A DNA stretch of 64,000 bases from an uncultured cyanobacterium (GTDB lineage Bacteria > Cyanobacteriota > Cyanobacteriia > PCC-6307 > Cyanobiaceae). Position 1 is the first letter of the stretch. Each line of letters begins with the position of its first letter. Below are positions 30,056-39,737 of this stretch, piece after piece. The notes beneath the pieces were generated by a model that was given only the letters and a program-made list of their open reading frames with translations, ran no database searches and was not told the DNA's origin. Position numbers and translations under genes: made by a program. The stretch lies in the NCBI GenBank assembly GCA_963697335.1, contig CAVONQ010000002.1, forward strand, positions 96,001 through 160,000, given 5' to 3'.

Positions 30056-31690
30056 CGGGCTGCCCCCGCCGGCGCCAGGGCCTGGAGCAGCAGGCGCCCG
30101 GAGCCATCGAAGCGGGGCTGGCTCACCCCGGGCTGGGCCCAGGCCTTCGGCGACACCAGCCAGAGGGGCACGTAGGGATTGGCGGCAGCCGTGATCCGCT
30201 GAATCCGCTGCAGCAGGGCGCGGCGCTCCTCGCCCTGGCTGCTTTCACTGCGGCGCAGCAGGGGCTGCAGCCCGGGCTGCGGCCCAGAAGCTGCCGCTGG
30301 CGGCGCTGGCCCCCTCAAGGCAGCGGTCGCCCTGCTCCTGGCTGCAGGCCAGCAGGGGGATCAGGTAGTTGTCGGCGTCGGGGAAGTCGCCCATCCAGTC
30401 GAGCAGGATCAGGGTGAAGGCCCCCTCGCCCAGCTGGCGGTAGGCCGTGGTGGATTCCATGCCGCTCACCTCCAGCCGCACGCAGTCGCCCAGATCCTGC
30501 TTGAGCTGGGCCTGCCAGGTGAGGGCGAAGAGGCGGTCACTGGGAATGTTGGAGCGAAAGGTGAGCGGCAGCGGCAGCTGCTTGCCCTCGCAGTAGCCCG
30601 CCTGGCGGTAGAGCGCCCGGGCGCGCTCGGGGTCGTAGCTCACCCAGGCGGTGGGATCGGAGCCCACCAGGCTGGGCGGCACCAGCTCCCGCAGGGGAGC
30701 GCGCAGGCCCAGGGTGACGCGCTCGCTGATGGTGCGGCGATCCAGGCTCAGGGCCAGGGCCTGGCGCAGCGTGGGGTCGTCGAAGGGGGGCTGGTCGCTG
30801 AGCAGGGTGAGGTAGCTGATCTCCAGTGCCGGGCCGCTGCTCTCCTGCAGCTCGCCGCGGCGGGCGCGGCTGCGCAGGGCGGCCTGCTGGTCGATCTCCA
30901 GGCTGGTGGAGAGCAGCACGTCCACCTCTCCGCTGATCAGAGCGCCGAACAGGGCGGTGGAGTTGCTCAGGGAGACCAGGTCAATGCCGTCGTTGGCGGG
31001 CTGCTCACCCCAGTAGTCCGCAAAGGGCTCCAGCCGCTGCTGCTGTTTGCTGAAGAAGGTGAGCCGGTAGGGGCCGGTGCCCACGAAGCGGTCGTTGAGC
31101 AGGCTGTCGCCGTGCTGGCGGTAGGCCGTGGGGGAGATCGGGGTGAGGGCCACGGCGCTGAGCAGCTCCGCCAGGGGGGCGAAGGGCTGGCGCAGCTGCA
31201 ACTCCAGGGTGTGGGAGTCCAGGGCGCGCACGCCGCTCACCCTGTCGCCGAGCAGGTAGCTGAGCTTGCCGATGGCCAGGAACCGCTCCAGGCTGAACAC
31301 CATGGCGGCGGCATTGAACGGGGTGCCGTCGTGGAAGCGCACACCACGGCGCAGGGCAATGGTGGCGGTGCGGCCATCGGCGCTCAGCTGCGGTGGCGCC
31401 AGGGCCAGCCTGGGTTCCAGCTCGCCCGTGGCGCTGACGGCATAGAGCGGGTCGCCCAGGGCGCTCAACAGCTGCATGGCGCCGAAGGTGAAGGCGCCGG
31501 CAGGGTCGACGGTGTCGACGCGATTCCTGCTGGCCACCACGAGGCGCTCGGGCAGGGCCTCGGGGCGGCCTGTCGCCGCGGGTGCCCCGCCCTGCTGGGG
31601 CAGGCAGCCTGTCAGGGCCATGGCCAGGCAGGCCTGCAGCAGAGCGCTGCAGAGCCGATGCGGCATGGGGCGGATCCTTGGGGCCGGCAC
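30052..31690 (-). CDS. peptide ABC transporter substrate-binding lipoprotein (family 5), frameshifted near 30280
   Basis: Lipobox LTGC, RFHDGTPF and VGTGPYRL motifs; ORF 30245-31690 continues as ORF 30052-30318 (PGLQ...PYVPLW) after one extra base. Confidence 0.85.
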
Positions 31691-31766
31691 CTTCAGCGCA
31701 GCGACGGAGCGCTGGCTCCGCTGCAGAGGATTGTGGTCACAAGGGCCGTCGACGGTCGGCGCTCAT

Positions 31767-31979
31767 TCAAGAGCGGTGGGGCCTGGTAGGACGCACCTGT
31801 TGCAGGGAAATTTCAAACACTTCCGAACCGTGGCGGGTCAGGGGCCAGCGCCGCAGCCAACAGCGGTCGTGGTGATCGTCCACGCCGATCACTTGGTAGA
31901 GCTGCTCATCGGAATCAAGCTGAACGCAGTCCCCCTGATGGGGAATGGTGGTGGGCTTGAGGCAGGAGATGGCCGTCAT
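31767..31979 (-). CDS. small hypothetical protein (70 aa, predicted beta-rich)
   Basis: Compact ORF GDCVQL...YQVIGVDD..DRCWLRRWP...FEISLQQV in an otherwise empty gap. Confidence 0.7.
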   Translation of the reverse strand: MTAISCLKPTTIPHQGDCVQLDSDEQLYQVIGVDDHHDRCWLRRWPLTRHGSEVFEISLQQVRPTRPHRS

Positions 31980-32206
31980 AGGGGACGTGACGTCAGGGTC
32001 TGGAACTGGGAACGCAGGGTCGAAGGAGTGGAACTGGGCCCATGCTGCGAAACGGGTCCAGCCTGAAATGTTCGTGCTGATACCGGCGCCTGCTGGGGTG
32101 CGGAGACGCGGATCAAGCAGGGGTCTGCCCGCTGGGGCCGAATGTGCCGTTCAGGGTCCCTTTCGGATGCGGACACTCTGACGCCTTGACCCCACCGGAC
32201 GCCAGG

Positions 32207-32256
32207 GGCGGGGCATTGGCGTGGCTGATTGACGTGATCAGCCGGCCTGCCCCGCC
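32207..32256. terminator. nested hairpin downstream of hom
   Basis: GGCGGGGCA/TGCCCCGCC outer stem with a GGCTGAT/ATCAGCC inner stem, 6 bp past the hom stop; no U-tract. Confidence 0.45.
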
Positions 32257-32262
32257 GGGGGG

Positions 32263-33624
32263 CTAGAGGGTGCGCAGGCAGGCGGCCACCTGGTGGACTT
32301 CCGGCAGGGCCTCGATGGCATCGAGAGCCTGGCGGAAGTGGGCCTCCAGCACTTCGTGGGTGATCACCACGATTTCGGCTCTGCTGCCCTCGCCCGCACC
32401 ACCGGAACCCTCGCCGGCGTACTGGACGATTGACTGAATCGACACGCCAGCCTGGCCGAAGCAGCTGCCGATCTGGCCGATCACCCCCGCCTGGTCGCTG
32501 GTGCGCAGCCGCACGTAGTTGCGGTGGGTGGTGAGGGCGCCATCCACCAGGGAGCACTGGCGCCAGTTGCCTGCCGCCAGCAGGGGATCCAACCCCCCAC
32601 CCTGGGTTGCCGATCCGCCGCCGGTGGCCTGGCGGATGCCGGCGATGTTGAGGATGTCGGCGACCACGGCCGAGGCGGTGGGTCCGGCTCCGGCCCCGGG
32701 CCCGTAGAACATCACCTGACCCACGGGGTCGCCCTCCACCAGGATGGCGTTGTTGACTCCGTTCACGCCCGCCAGGGGATGGCCCCGGGGCACCAGGGTG
32801 GGGTGCACGCGCACATCGAGCTGCAGGCCCGTAGGGGTGGTGTCGGCTGGCGCCGGCGGCTCACTCCCCACCAGTTGGGCCACGGCGAGCAGCTTCACCA
32901 CGAAGCCGAGCCGGGCGGCGTAGTCCACGTCCCGGGCGTCGAGCTGGTCGATGCCCTCGGTGGGAATGGCCTGGCGGGGCACCGTGCCCCCGTAGGCCAG
33001 GCGCGTGAGGATGGCGATCTTGTCGGCGGCATCGCCACCCTCCACGTCGGCGGCGGGATCGGCCTCGGCGTAGCCGAGCCGCTGGGCATCGGCGAGCACC
33101 TCGCCGTAGGCGGCCCCCTCGGCCGCCATCCGACTGAGGATGTAATTGGTGGTGCCGTTGATGATCCCGCTCACCCGCTGGATGCGGTTGCCGCCCAGGG
33201 ATTGCTTCAGCGGTTCGATGATCGGGATGCCGCCGCCCACGGCCGCCTCGATCAGCACATACACCCCCTTCTCGGCGGCCGCGGCGGCGATCTCATCCCC
33301 ATGGCGGGCGATCACGGCCTTGTTGGCGGTGACCACCGCCTTGCCGGCGGCGATCGCCCGCAGGATCAGGCTGCGGGCCGGCTCCAGGCCGCCCAATACC
33401 TCCACCACGATGTCCACGGCTGGGTCGTCGACCACGGCCTCGGGGCTGGTGGTGAGCAGGCCTGGCGCCAGGCTGAGGGGCCGGGGCCGCTCAAGATCGC
33501 GCACGGCGATGCGGCGGAGCTGCAGGTCGGCCACCAGGGGATGGCGGCCCTCAGGGCTGCTGAGGATGCTGGCCACACCGGCTCCCACCGTGCCCAGACC
33601 GAGCAAGCCGATGCCGATGGTCAT
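32263..33624 (-). CDS. hom: homoserine dehydrogenase with C-terminal ACT domain
   Basis: GLGTVG, VTANKA, EAAVGGGIP, GIINGTTNYIL, GYAEADP and GPGAG..PTASAV motifs. Confidence 0.96.
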   Translation of the reverse strand: MTIGIGLLGLGTVGAGVASILSSPEGRHPLVADLQLRRIAVRDLERPRPLSLAPGLLTTSPEAVVDDPAVDIVVEVLGGLEPARSLILRAIAAGKAVVTANKAVIARHGDEIAAAAAEKGVYVLIEAAVGGGIPIIEPLKQSLGGNRIQRVSGIINGTTNYILSRMAAEGAAYGEVLADAQRLGYAEADPAADVEGGDAADKIAILTRLAYGGTVPRQAIPTEGIDQLDARDVDYAARLGFVVKLLAVAQLVGSEPPAPADTTPTGLQLDVRVHPTLVPRGHPLAGVNGVNNAILVEGDPVGQVMFYGPGAGAGPTASAVVADILNIAGIRQATGGGSATQGGGLDPLLAAGNWRQCSLVDGALTTHRNYVRLRTSDQAGVIGQIGSCFGQAGVSIQSIVQYAGEGSGGAGEGSRAEIVVITHEVLEAHFRQALDAIEALPEVHQVAACLRTL

Positions 33625-33655
33625 GCCGTGCACTGCGAAACCGCGATCCTAGAAA

Positions 33656-34090
33656 TCAGGCCGCCAGCGCTCCGGCCTGGGCCTGCATCAGCTTGAGGAT
33701 GTTCAGAAAGCCGTTGGCCCGCGACGGTGTGAGGCTGGTCTGCAACCCGGTGGCGGCGATGAAGCCGGGATCGATGGCGGCGGCCTGCTCGGGGGTGAGC
33801 CCCTCCATGGCCTGGATCAGCAGCGCCAGCAGCCCCTTGGTGATCGCCGCGTCGGAGTCACCCTGCCAGTGCAGGCGGCCCTCCTGGAGGGTGCCCACCA
33901 CATACACCTGGGACACGCAGCCCTTCACCTTGAAGGTGTCGGTGCGGAAGGCCTCCGGCAGGGGCTCGAGCTTCTTGGCCAGCCAGAGCACGTACTCGTA
34001 ACGGCGCCTGGGGTCGCTGGTGCCGGCCAGGCGCGCCACGATCTGATCGAGGGCGGGGCTGCCTGTGGCCCCGGGTGTGGGCTCAGCCAT
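33656..34090 (-). CDS. sufE: SufE-family Fe-S cluster sulfur acceptor
   Basis: KVKGCVSQVY, GDSDA.ITKGL and LTPSRANGF motifs. Confidence 0.92.
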   Translation of the reverse strand: MAEPTPGATGSPALDQIVARLAGTSDPRRRYEYVLWLAKKLEPLPEAFRTDTFKVKGCVSQVYVVGTLQEGRLHWQGDSDAAITKGLLALLIQAMEGLTPEQAAAIDPGFIAATGLQTSLTPSRANGFLNILKLMQAQAGALAA

Positions 34091-34094
34091 TCAG

Positions 34095-34628
34095 TCAGCG
34101 GCGACGACGCAGGGCCAGCATGGCGGCTGCGCCCCCACCGATGGCGCTCATGCCCAGCAGCCAGCCCGTGGAAGGCGGCAGGGCCAGGGGACGGATCGGG
34201 CGGCTGGGGGCGCTGGCCTCGAGGCCGGGGGCTGGTGTCTGGGAGCCCGGCAGTTCGAGGTAGTCGCGGTGGCCAGGGCCCCGGTCCACCTGAACCTCCC
34301 AGTCGGGGCTGGCCTGGCTGGGCAGGCTGAAGCGCAGGCGCCCCTCAGCGTCGGTGCGGCCCACTTCAATGGGCTGGCCACCGGGGGGCATCAGCCGAAC
34401 GATGGCCTCATCGGCCGGTTCGCCGGTGCCGAAACGGCTCTCCAGCAGAAAGTCGTTGTTGAGGGCGGTGACGCGATCCAGGCTGCTCTCGATGGCATGG
34501 GCCCGGGCCGGCGGGGCAGCGGCGCCAGCCCCCAGAGCCAGGGCCGTGGCGGTGACGAGGGCCGGAGCCAGGCAGCGCAGCGAGGCGGTGGGTCGCCGGC
34601 GGGCGACAAGCTCAGAGACTGCAGCCAT
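34095..34628 (-). CDS. exported, C-terminally anchored protein resembling CbiL/NikK-type metal-transport accessory proteins
   Basis: Signal peptide ending ARA|H; F..GEPA..A.V, GRTDAEGR..F and V.VD.GPGH motifs; C-terminal TM helix followed by RRRR. Confidence 0.55.
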   Translation of the reverse strand: MAAVSELVARRRPTASLRCLAPALVTATALALGAGAAAPPARAHAIESSLDRVTALNNDFLLESRFGTGEPADEAIVRLMPPGGQPIEVGRTDAEGRLRFSLPSQASPDWEVQVDRGPGHRDYLELPGSQTPAPGLEASAPSRPIRPLALPPSTGWLLGMSAIGGGAAAMLALRRRR

Positions 34629-34655
34629 GGGGTCCAGAGGCGAGGAACAAGAGGC

Positions 34656-34802
34656 TCAGGAATCCTGCCAGCGACTGTCACGGCTCTGGCCCGCCTGCAC
34701 CATCCGCACCATCGAGCTGACCATCATCGAGAGGGCGTCGTGGGTGTCGCCCCGGCCAGCCAGCTCGGAGGCGAGCACGCGATCGGCGGCACTCGGGGCC
34801 AT
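34656..34802 (-). CDS. small hypothetical protein (48 aa)
   Basis: MAPSAADRVLASELAGRGDTHDALSMMVSSMVRMVQAGQSRDSRWQDS; fills the gap co-directionally with its neighbours. Confidence 0.55.
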   Translation of the reverse strand: MAPSAADRVLASELAGRGDTHDALSMMVSSMVRMVQAGQSRDSRWQDS

Positions 34803-34912
34803 GGCAGGGGTGGGCGCAGCCAGCTTCACAGACAGATTCACAGAACTCAGTGGGGCCGTTGGCGAGATCTTCGCAAATACCCCCGGCAGCTGAGCTGCCT
34901 GCCGAGGCTTTG

Positions 34913-35554
34913 TCAAGGTTTGTCGTGACCGTCCAGAGCTGTATCGCCCAGCCAGTGCACGCCCAGCTCCGTGAGCCAGCCATCCAACGGCACATCCCAG
35001 GGATCGCTGGGCAGGCGGTCGCACAGGCAGCCGGAGGGCAGCACGGCCAGGGCCGGCAGCCGCCGCCAGGACTCCTGGCGGCGCAGCCGGTCGTACCAGC
35101 CGCCGCCGTAACCCAGCCGCACCCCCTGCCGGTCAATGGCCAGGGCCGGCACCAGCAGCAGTGCCAGGGCTTCGGGCTCCAGGCGGCCCGCCAGCTGCAG
35201 CGGGGCCTGGATGCCGCAGGCATCGGCGGCCAGGGGTTCCCCCGGTTGCCAGGGCCGGTAGTCGAGGCGCCCATCGGCAATGGCCGGTAGGGCCAGGTGC
35301 CTGCACCAGGCGGGGGTTGCCGTCAGCAGGGGACGCAGATCCGGCTCCCCCGCCAGGGGCCAGTAGAAGCCCAGCCGGCCCTGCCGCCCTCCCAACCCAG
35401 GGGGCGAGTCCCCCTGGGTTGGGGAGCCGGCCTGGGCCAGCAGGACCGCCAGCTGCCGCTGCAACGCCGCACTGCAGCCGGGCAGCAGCTCTCGGCGGCG
35501 GGCCCGGAACCTGGCTCTCAGAGCCTCTTTGCTGGTGCCATGGGGCTGCTGCAT
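34913..35554 (-). CDS. 5-formyltetrahydrofolate cyclo-ligase
   Basis: K.ALR..FR..RR, YWPLAGEPD, LVPALAIDRQG.RLGYGGGWYDR and WDVPLD motifs. Confidence 0.92.
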   Translation of the reverse strand: MQQPHGTSKEALRARFRARRRELLPGCSAALQRQLAVLLAQAGSPTQGDSPPGLGGRQGRLGFYWPLAGEPDLRPLLTATPAWCRHLALPAIADGRLDYRPWQPGEPLAADACGIQAPLQLAGRLEPEALALLLVPALAIDRQGVRLGYGGGWYDRLRRQESWRRLPALAVLPSGCLCDRLPSDPWDVPLDGWLTELGVHWLGDTALDGHDKP

Positions 35555-35566
35555 CTCGGGGCCGGC

Positions 35567-36049
35567 TCAGCGCTGGAACCAGCCGGTGAGCGCTGCGGCC
35601 AGGGCATCGGCGGCATCATCCGGCCGGGGCGGAGTGTCGAGGCCCAGCTCGCGCATCACGGCCTCCAGCACCTCCACCTTGTCGGCATGGCCATGGCCCG
35701 TGAGGGCCTGCTTGATCTGCATCGGCGGCAGCTCCACCACCGGCACCCGGAAGCGGGCCAGGGTCATGATCACCACCCCCCGGGCCTGGACCACGGCGAT
35801 CGTGGTGCTGGAGCGGTAGAAGAAGAACTTCTCCACCACGGCCAGATCCGGTCGCCAGGTGCGCAGCAGCTGCCTCAGATCGCTGGCGATCTCCACCATC
35901 CGCTCGCCCTCACTGCGCCCCGGCGCCGTGGTCACGATGCCGCAGTCCAGCAGCTGCTGCCTGGGCTCCCCGGCGGGGCCGGGCTCCTCCACATCGATCA
36001 CGCCGTAGCCCACCCTCGCCAGCCCAGGGTCGATGCCGAGGATGCGCAC
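35567..36049 (-). CDS. ruvC: crossover junction endodeoxyribonuclease
   Basis: MRILGIDPG, VEKFFF, QARGV, IKQALTG.G.ADK and DDAADALA motifs. Confidence 0.96.
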   Translation of the reverse strand: MRILGIDPGLARVGYGVIDVEEPGPAGEPRQQLLDCGIVTTAPGRSEGERMVEIASDLRQLLRTWRPDLAVVEKFFFYRSSTTIAVVQARGVVIMTLARFRVPVVELPPMQIKQALTGHGHADKVEVLEAVMRELGLDTPPRPDDAADALAAALTGWFQR

Positions 36050-36061
36050 AGCCGCGGCCGC

Positions 36062-37150
36062 CTAGGCCGCAAGGGCCAGTTCGAACTGACTGCGATCGCT
36101 CGGTTCGGCCCGCTCGAACACCTTGCAGAACACCTTCACCACCCGGTCGCCCGAGTCGATCTGCTCCAGGGGGTCCTTGCGCAGGCGGTGGCGCAGGCAG
36201 CAGGCCGCCACCCGGGCCACGTCGTGGTCGTCCACGTCGGTGCGGCCCTCAAAGGCGGCCAGGGCCCTGGCCGCCCGGTTGGTCACGATGTCGCCGCGCA
36301 GGCCATCCACGTTGAGATCGCCGCAGATGGCGGAGATGCGGATGCGGAGCTCATCGTCGATGCGCACCTGGGGGAGACGCTGCTGGGCCTCCACCACCCG
36401 TTCCTGAAGGGCGTCCTGGCGGCTCTGGACGGCGTCGTTGAAGCCATCGGGGTCCTGGTCGAAGGCGGTGCGCTGGTCCACCACCTGCACCCGCAGCTCC
36501 GGATCCCGCACGGTGCGCACCTCCACGCTCATGCCGAAGCGATCCAGCAGCTGGGGCCGCAGCTCGCCCTCCTCGGGGTTGCCGGAGCCGATCAGCACAA
36601 AGCGGGCCGGGTGGCGCACGCTGACGCCCTCCCGCTCCACCGTGTTCCAGCCCGACGCCGCCGAATCCAGCAGCACGTCCACCAGGTGGTCGTCGAGCAG
36701 GTTCACCTCGTCCACGTAGAGCAGGCCCCTGTTGGCCTTGGCCAGCAGGCCCGGCTCAAAGGCGCGCACCCCCTCGCTGAGGGCTCGCTCGATGTCGATG
36801 GTGCCGCAGAGCCTGTCTTCGGTGGCGCCCAGGGGCAGATCCACCATCGGCACCTGGCGCTGCTCCACCGGCAACTGCTCCCCGGCCTCGGCTCGCTGGC
36901 GCACCTCGGCACTCTGGAGGTCGGGATCCTCCGGAGAGCTGTTGTAGGGATCGCCCTCCACCACCGGAATGCCTGGCAGCAGATCGGCCAGCGCCCGGAT
37001 CGTGGTGCTCTTGCCCGTGCCCCGGTCGCCCATGATCATCACGCCGCCGATGCGCGGGTCGATCACATTCAGCAGCAGGGCCAGCTTCATCTCCTCCTGG
37101 CCCACGATGGCGGTGAAGGGGAAGACCCGGCGCTTGCGGGCTTGCGTCAC
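36062..37150 (-). CDS. chlI: magnesium chelatase ATPase subunit I
   Basis: FPFTAIVGQEEMK, GDRGTGKST, LYVDEVNLL, GNPEEGELRPQLLDRFG and HRLRKDPLE motifs. Confidence 0.97.
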   Translation of the reverse strand: MTQARKRRVFPFTAIVGQEEMKLALLLNVIDPRIGGVMIMGDRGTGKSTTIRALADLLPGIPVVEGDPYNSSPEDPDLQSAEVRQRAEAGEQLPVEQRQVPMVDLPLGATEDRLCGTIDIERALSEGVRAFEPGLLAKANRGLLYVDEVNLLDDHLVDVLLDSAASGWNTVEREGVSVRHPARFVLIGSGNPEEGELRPQLLDRFGMSVEVRTVRDPELRVQVVDQRTAFDQDPDGFNDAVQSRQDALQERVVEAQQRLPQVRIDDELRIRISAICGDLNVDGLRGDIVTNRAARALAAFEGRTDVDDHDVARVAACCLRHRLRKDPLEQIDSGDRVVKVFCKVFERAEPSDRSQFELALAA

Positions 37151-38625
37151 GGTTGGCTGCTGGCTGGGGTCGGAGGGGATTGTTTCACAGGCAACAGGCT
37201 GAGCACCTGGGGCGGGGTGGCATCGGCGGGGTAGATCAGGCGCACCCGCAGGTTGCGCTGGGCCCCAGGCGCCAGGCTCACCGTGCCCAGGGCCGGACCC
37301 TCCTCCCCGGCCCGCTGCACCAGGTGGAAACGCCGGCGGCTGCTGGGCCGGCCCCCCGGGCCATCCAGGCCGGTCACTTCGATCGGGCCGCGGAACATCA
37401 CGGCCCGGGAGGGGGTGACGTTGAAGCGCAGGCCCCCCTGGGCCTGGTCGCCCTTGATCGGTGATTCCAGGGCCAGCTGCAGGGTCACCGGGGCTCGGCC
37501 GGTGTTGCGCAGCGGCAGGCTGATGTCGTATTCCACGCCGTAGTTGCCGTGGGCGGCCCAGGCGGTGCCCGGGTAGAAGGCCTTGAGCTCGGCGGTCTGG
37601 ATCTGGTCGGTGCCGAGGCTGCCCCGATCCAGCGAGGCGATCGGCCAGGAGATCGGCGCGGCGGAGGCGCTCAGCCAGCGCTGGCCGGGATCGGTGATGG
37701 TGCCGCGCCAGGTGCTGCCGATCTGCACCCCCGCGACGCGGGAGTAGATGATCCGGCCCTTCGCCCCCCGGGGGGTGGGGGTGTGTTCCTTGGGGCTGAG
37801 GCCGCCATCGAGCAGCTTGGCCCAGGTGTCCGCCGGCGGGGGCGCGTCGTTGGGGCCGAAGGCGGCCAGGGTGGCCAGGCTCACCGGGCCACTGCTCTGC
37901 AGCCGCAGCTGCAGATTGCGGCCGTTCAGCAGCGGATCCAGGCCGCGCACGGGCAAAGGCAGCACCAGCAGGGTGCTGGGACCGCCGGCAGGGAGGGTCC
38001 ACTGGCGCGGAATCTCCGGGCTGACGGTGCGGGCCAGCAGCTCGGTGGCCACCCGGCTGCCCGGGCCGGCATAGGCCGGGCTGGTGGTTTCCGCCAGCAG
38101 CGGCGGCAGGGGCAGGAAAGGTGCCCCCGCCATGGCCGGATCGAGCGACTGGGACAGGGCCGTGGAGCCCCCCAGCAGGGTGAGTGTCACCGGCGCCGGC
38201 CCCCGGGGCTGGGCCACCACCGCCAGCCAGAGGGTGGAATCAAGGGCTTCCGGCTTGCCGGCATAGACGTGATGGCTGAACAGGTCGAAGCGGCCGTTGA
38301 GGGGCACATCGAGGTGGGCCTCCGGCACGGGGCGGCCGCTGCCCGCAAAGGTGGAGATCAGGATGCCCGGCCCGCTGATCAGCTCCGGGTTGTTGTCGTT
38401 CACCACCAGCACCGCATCGAGCCCGCCCGGCAGCGGCGCCACGGTCTGGGGCCTGAGCAGGGGTCTGGGGGGCGGCGCCGTCGTTGCTGCCGGGGCTGGA
38501 GCGGCGGCAGCCGGGGCGGGGGCTGCGGCCTCGAGGAGCAGGGCGCTGGCGCCGGTGGCGGCCACGCTGCTGGCGGCCAAGGTGCCGGCGGCGAGCAGGG
38601 AACGGATCAGGGAGGTCATGGTCAT
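37147..38625 (-). CDS. DUF3370-family exported protein
   Basis: Signal peptide; NDNNPEL, FDLFSHH, YSRVAGV, AHGNYGVEY and LIYPADATPPQVL motifs. Confidence 0.8.
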   Translation of the reverse strand: MTMTSLIRSLLAAGTLAASSVAATGASALLLEAAAPAPAAAAPAPAATTAPPPRPLLRPQTVAPLPGGLDAVLVVNDNNPELISGPGILISTFAGSGRPVPEAHLDVPLNGRFDLFSHHVYAGKPEALDSTLWLAVVAQPRGPAPVTLTLLGGSTALSQSLDPAMAGAPFLPLPPLLAETTSPAYAGPGSRVATELLARTVSPEIPRQWTLPAGGPSTLLVLPLPVRGLDPLLNGRNLQLRLQSSGPVSLATLAAFGPNDAPPPADTWAKLLDGGLSPKEHTPTPRGAKGRIIYSRVAGVQIGSTWRGTITDPGQRWLSASAAPISWPIASLDRGSLGTDQIQTAELKAFYPGTAWAAHGNYGVEYDISLPLRNTGRAPVTLQLALESPIKGDQAQGGLRFNVTPSRAVMFRGPIEVTGLDGPGGRPSSRRRFHLVQRAGEEGPALGTVSLAPGAQRNLRVRLIYPADATPPQVLSLLPVKQSPPTPASSQP

Positions 38626-39710
38626 CGGCGGCCCACAAGGGTTTTGGCGGCCTCAGCGGCCATGGAGCGGATCAGATCGGCGGAGCGGGGGTCGTTGAAG
38701 GGCCCCTTCACCATGAAGGCGGCCACGGCGCGCTGGCCGGTGGGCAGGTGGATCAGGGCGGCATCGGAGTAGGCGATGCCGATGTCGCCGGTCTTGTTGT
38801 AGGCGGTCACACCGAAGCTGAGCAGTTCGTTGTCGGGGTCGGCGGCGTCCTTGCCCAGGCCCTGGAGCAGTCCCAGGGGAATCAGGGTGTCGGTGCGGGA
38901 GGTGGCCATGATTTCACGAAACAGATCCCGGGCCCGGGGGCTCAGTTTCTCGCCGGTGTCCACCAGGGCGATGGAGCGGGCCAGATCCCGGGCGCTGGTG
39001 GTGTTGGTGCCATCGAGATCCGGCAGCCAGTTGTTCACCACGGTGGCGGGCAGTCCGAGGGCCTGGAAACGGGCATTGAGGCTGGTCTTGCCCCCCAGCC
39101 GCTTGATCAGCAGGTTGGTGGCGCTGTTGTCACTCACCCGGATCATCTCGGTGGCCGCCTCGAAGAACGGGAAGCGAGTGCCCACGGGCTTGCTGGCCAT
39201 CCAGCCGGCGCCACCGCCCACCAGCTCCTTGGTGAGGGGCAGGGGCTCGTTCCAGCGGATCTTGCCGCTGTCCACGTCCTCCAGGCCCGCCAGCAGGATG
39301 GGCGTCTTGATCGAGCTGGCCGCCGGCAGGGCCTGATCCGGCGCCAGCTGGGCGAAGCGGCCATCGTCGAGCACCAGCAGAAAACCGCTGGCCTGCAGGC
39401 CTTTCTGGGCCGCCGCCAACTGGGCCCAGCTCTTGCTGAGGGCGGTGAGCTCCTGCTTCGGTAGGAAGAGTCCCGACTTCAGGCCCCTACTCGCCAGGGC
39501 CGCGCCCTGGGTGGCTGACTCCCCAGGGGCTGAGCCGCCACTGACGTTCAGGCTGGGGAGGGAGCCATTGGCCACGTAGGGGGCCAGCAGTTTCAGGGCC
39601 GTGCCCGCCAGAATCCCTATCCCCACCCCCATCACGGTGAGCCGCAGCAGCAGCCGCAGCGGTTGTCCCCAGCCCGCACGGGGAGCCTGGGGGGGGCGGC
39701 CAGCAGTCAA
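38622..39710 (-). CDS. serine hydrolase, class A beta-lactamase-like
   Basis: SxxK (ASSIK), SDN (SDNSATN) and KTG (NKTGDIG) motifs; N-terminal TM helix. Confidence 0.88.
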   Translation of the reverse strand: MTAGRPPQAPRAGWGQPLRLLLRLTVMGVGIGILAGTALKLLAPYVANGSLPSLNVSGGSAPGESATQGAALASRGLKSGLFLPKQELTALSKSWAQLAAAQKGLQASGFLLVLDDGRFAQLAPDQALPAASSIKTPILLAGLEDVDSGKIRWNEPLPLTKELVGGGAGWMASKPVGTRFPFFEAATEMIRVSDNSATNLLIKRLGGKTSLNARFQALGLPATVVNNWLPDLDGTNTTSARDLARSIALVDTGEKLSPRARDLFREIMATSRTDTLIPLGLLQGLGKDAADPDNELLSFGVTAYNKTGDIGIAYSDAALIHLPTGQRAVAAFMVKGPFNDPRSADLIRSMAAEAAKTLVGRR

Positions 39711-39737
39711 CGCAGTTCGGAACGGATGGCCCCGACG

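Noticed and set aside
35555..35566. 6S RNA upstream of the 5-formyl-THF cyclo-ligase gene, as in many proteobacteria
   Set aside because: Only 12 bp separate this gene from ruvC, leaving no room.
38622..39710. Acquired beta-lactam resistance gene
   Set aside because: It is a membrane-anchored class A-like serine hydrolase embedded in a core operon with host-like codon usage and no mobility context.
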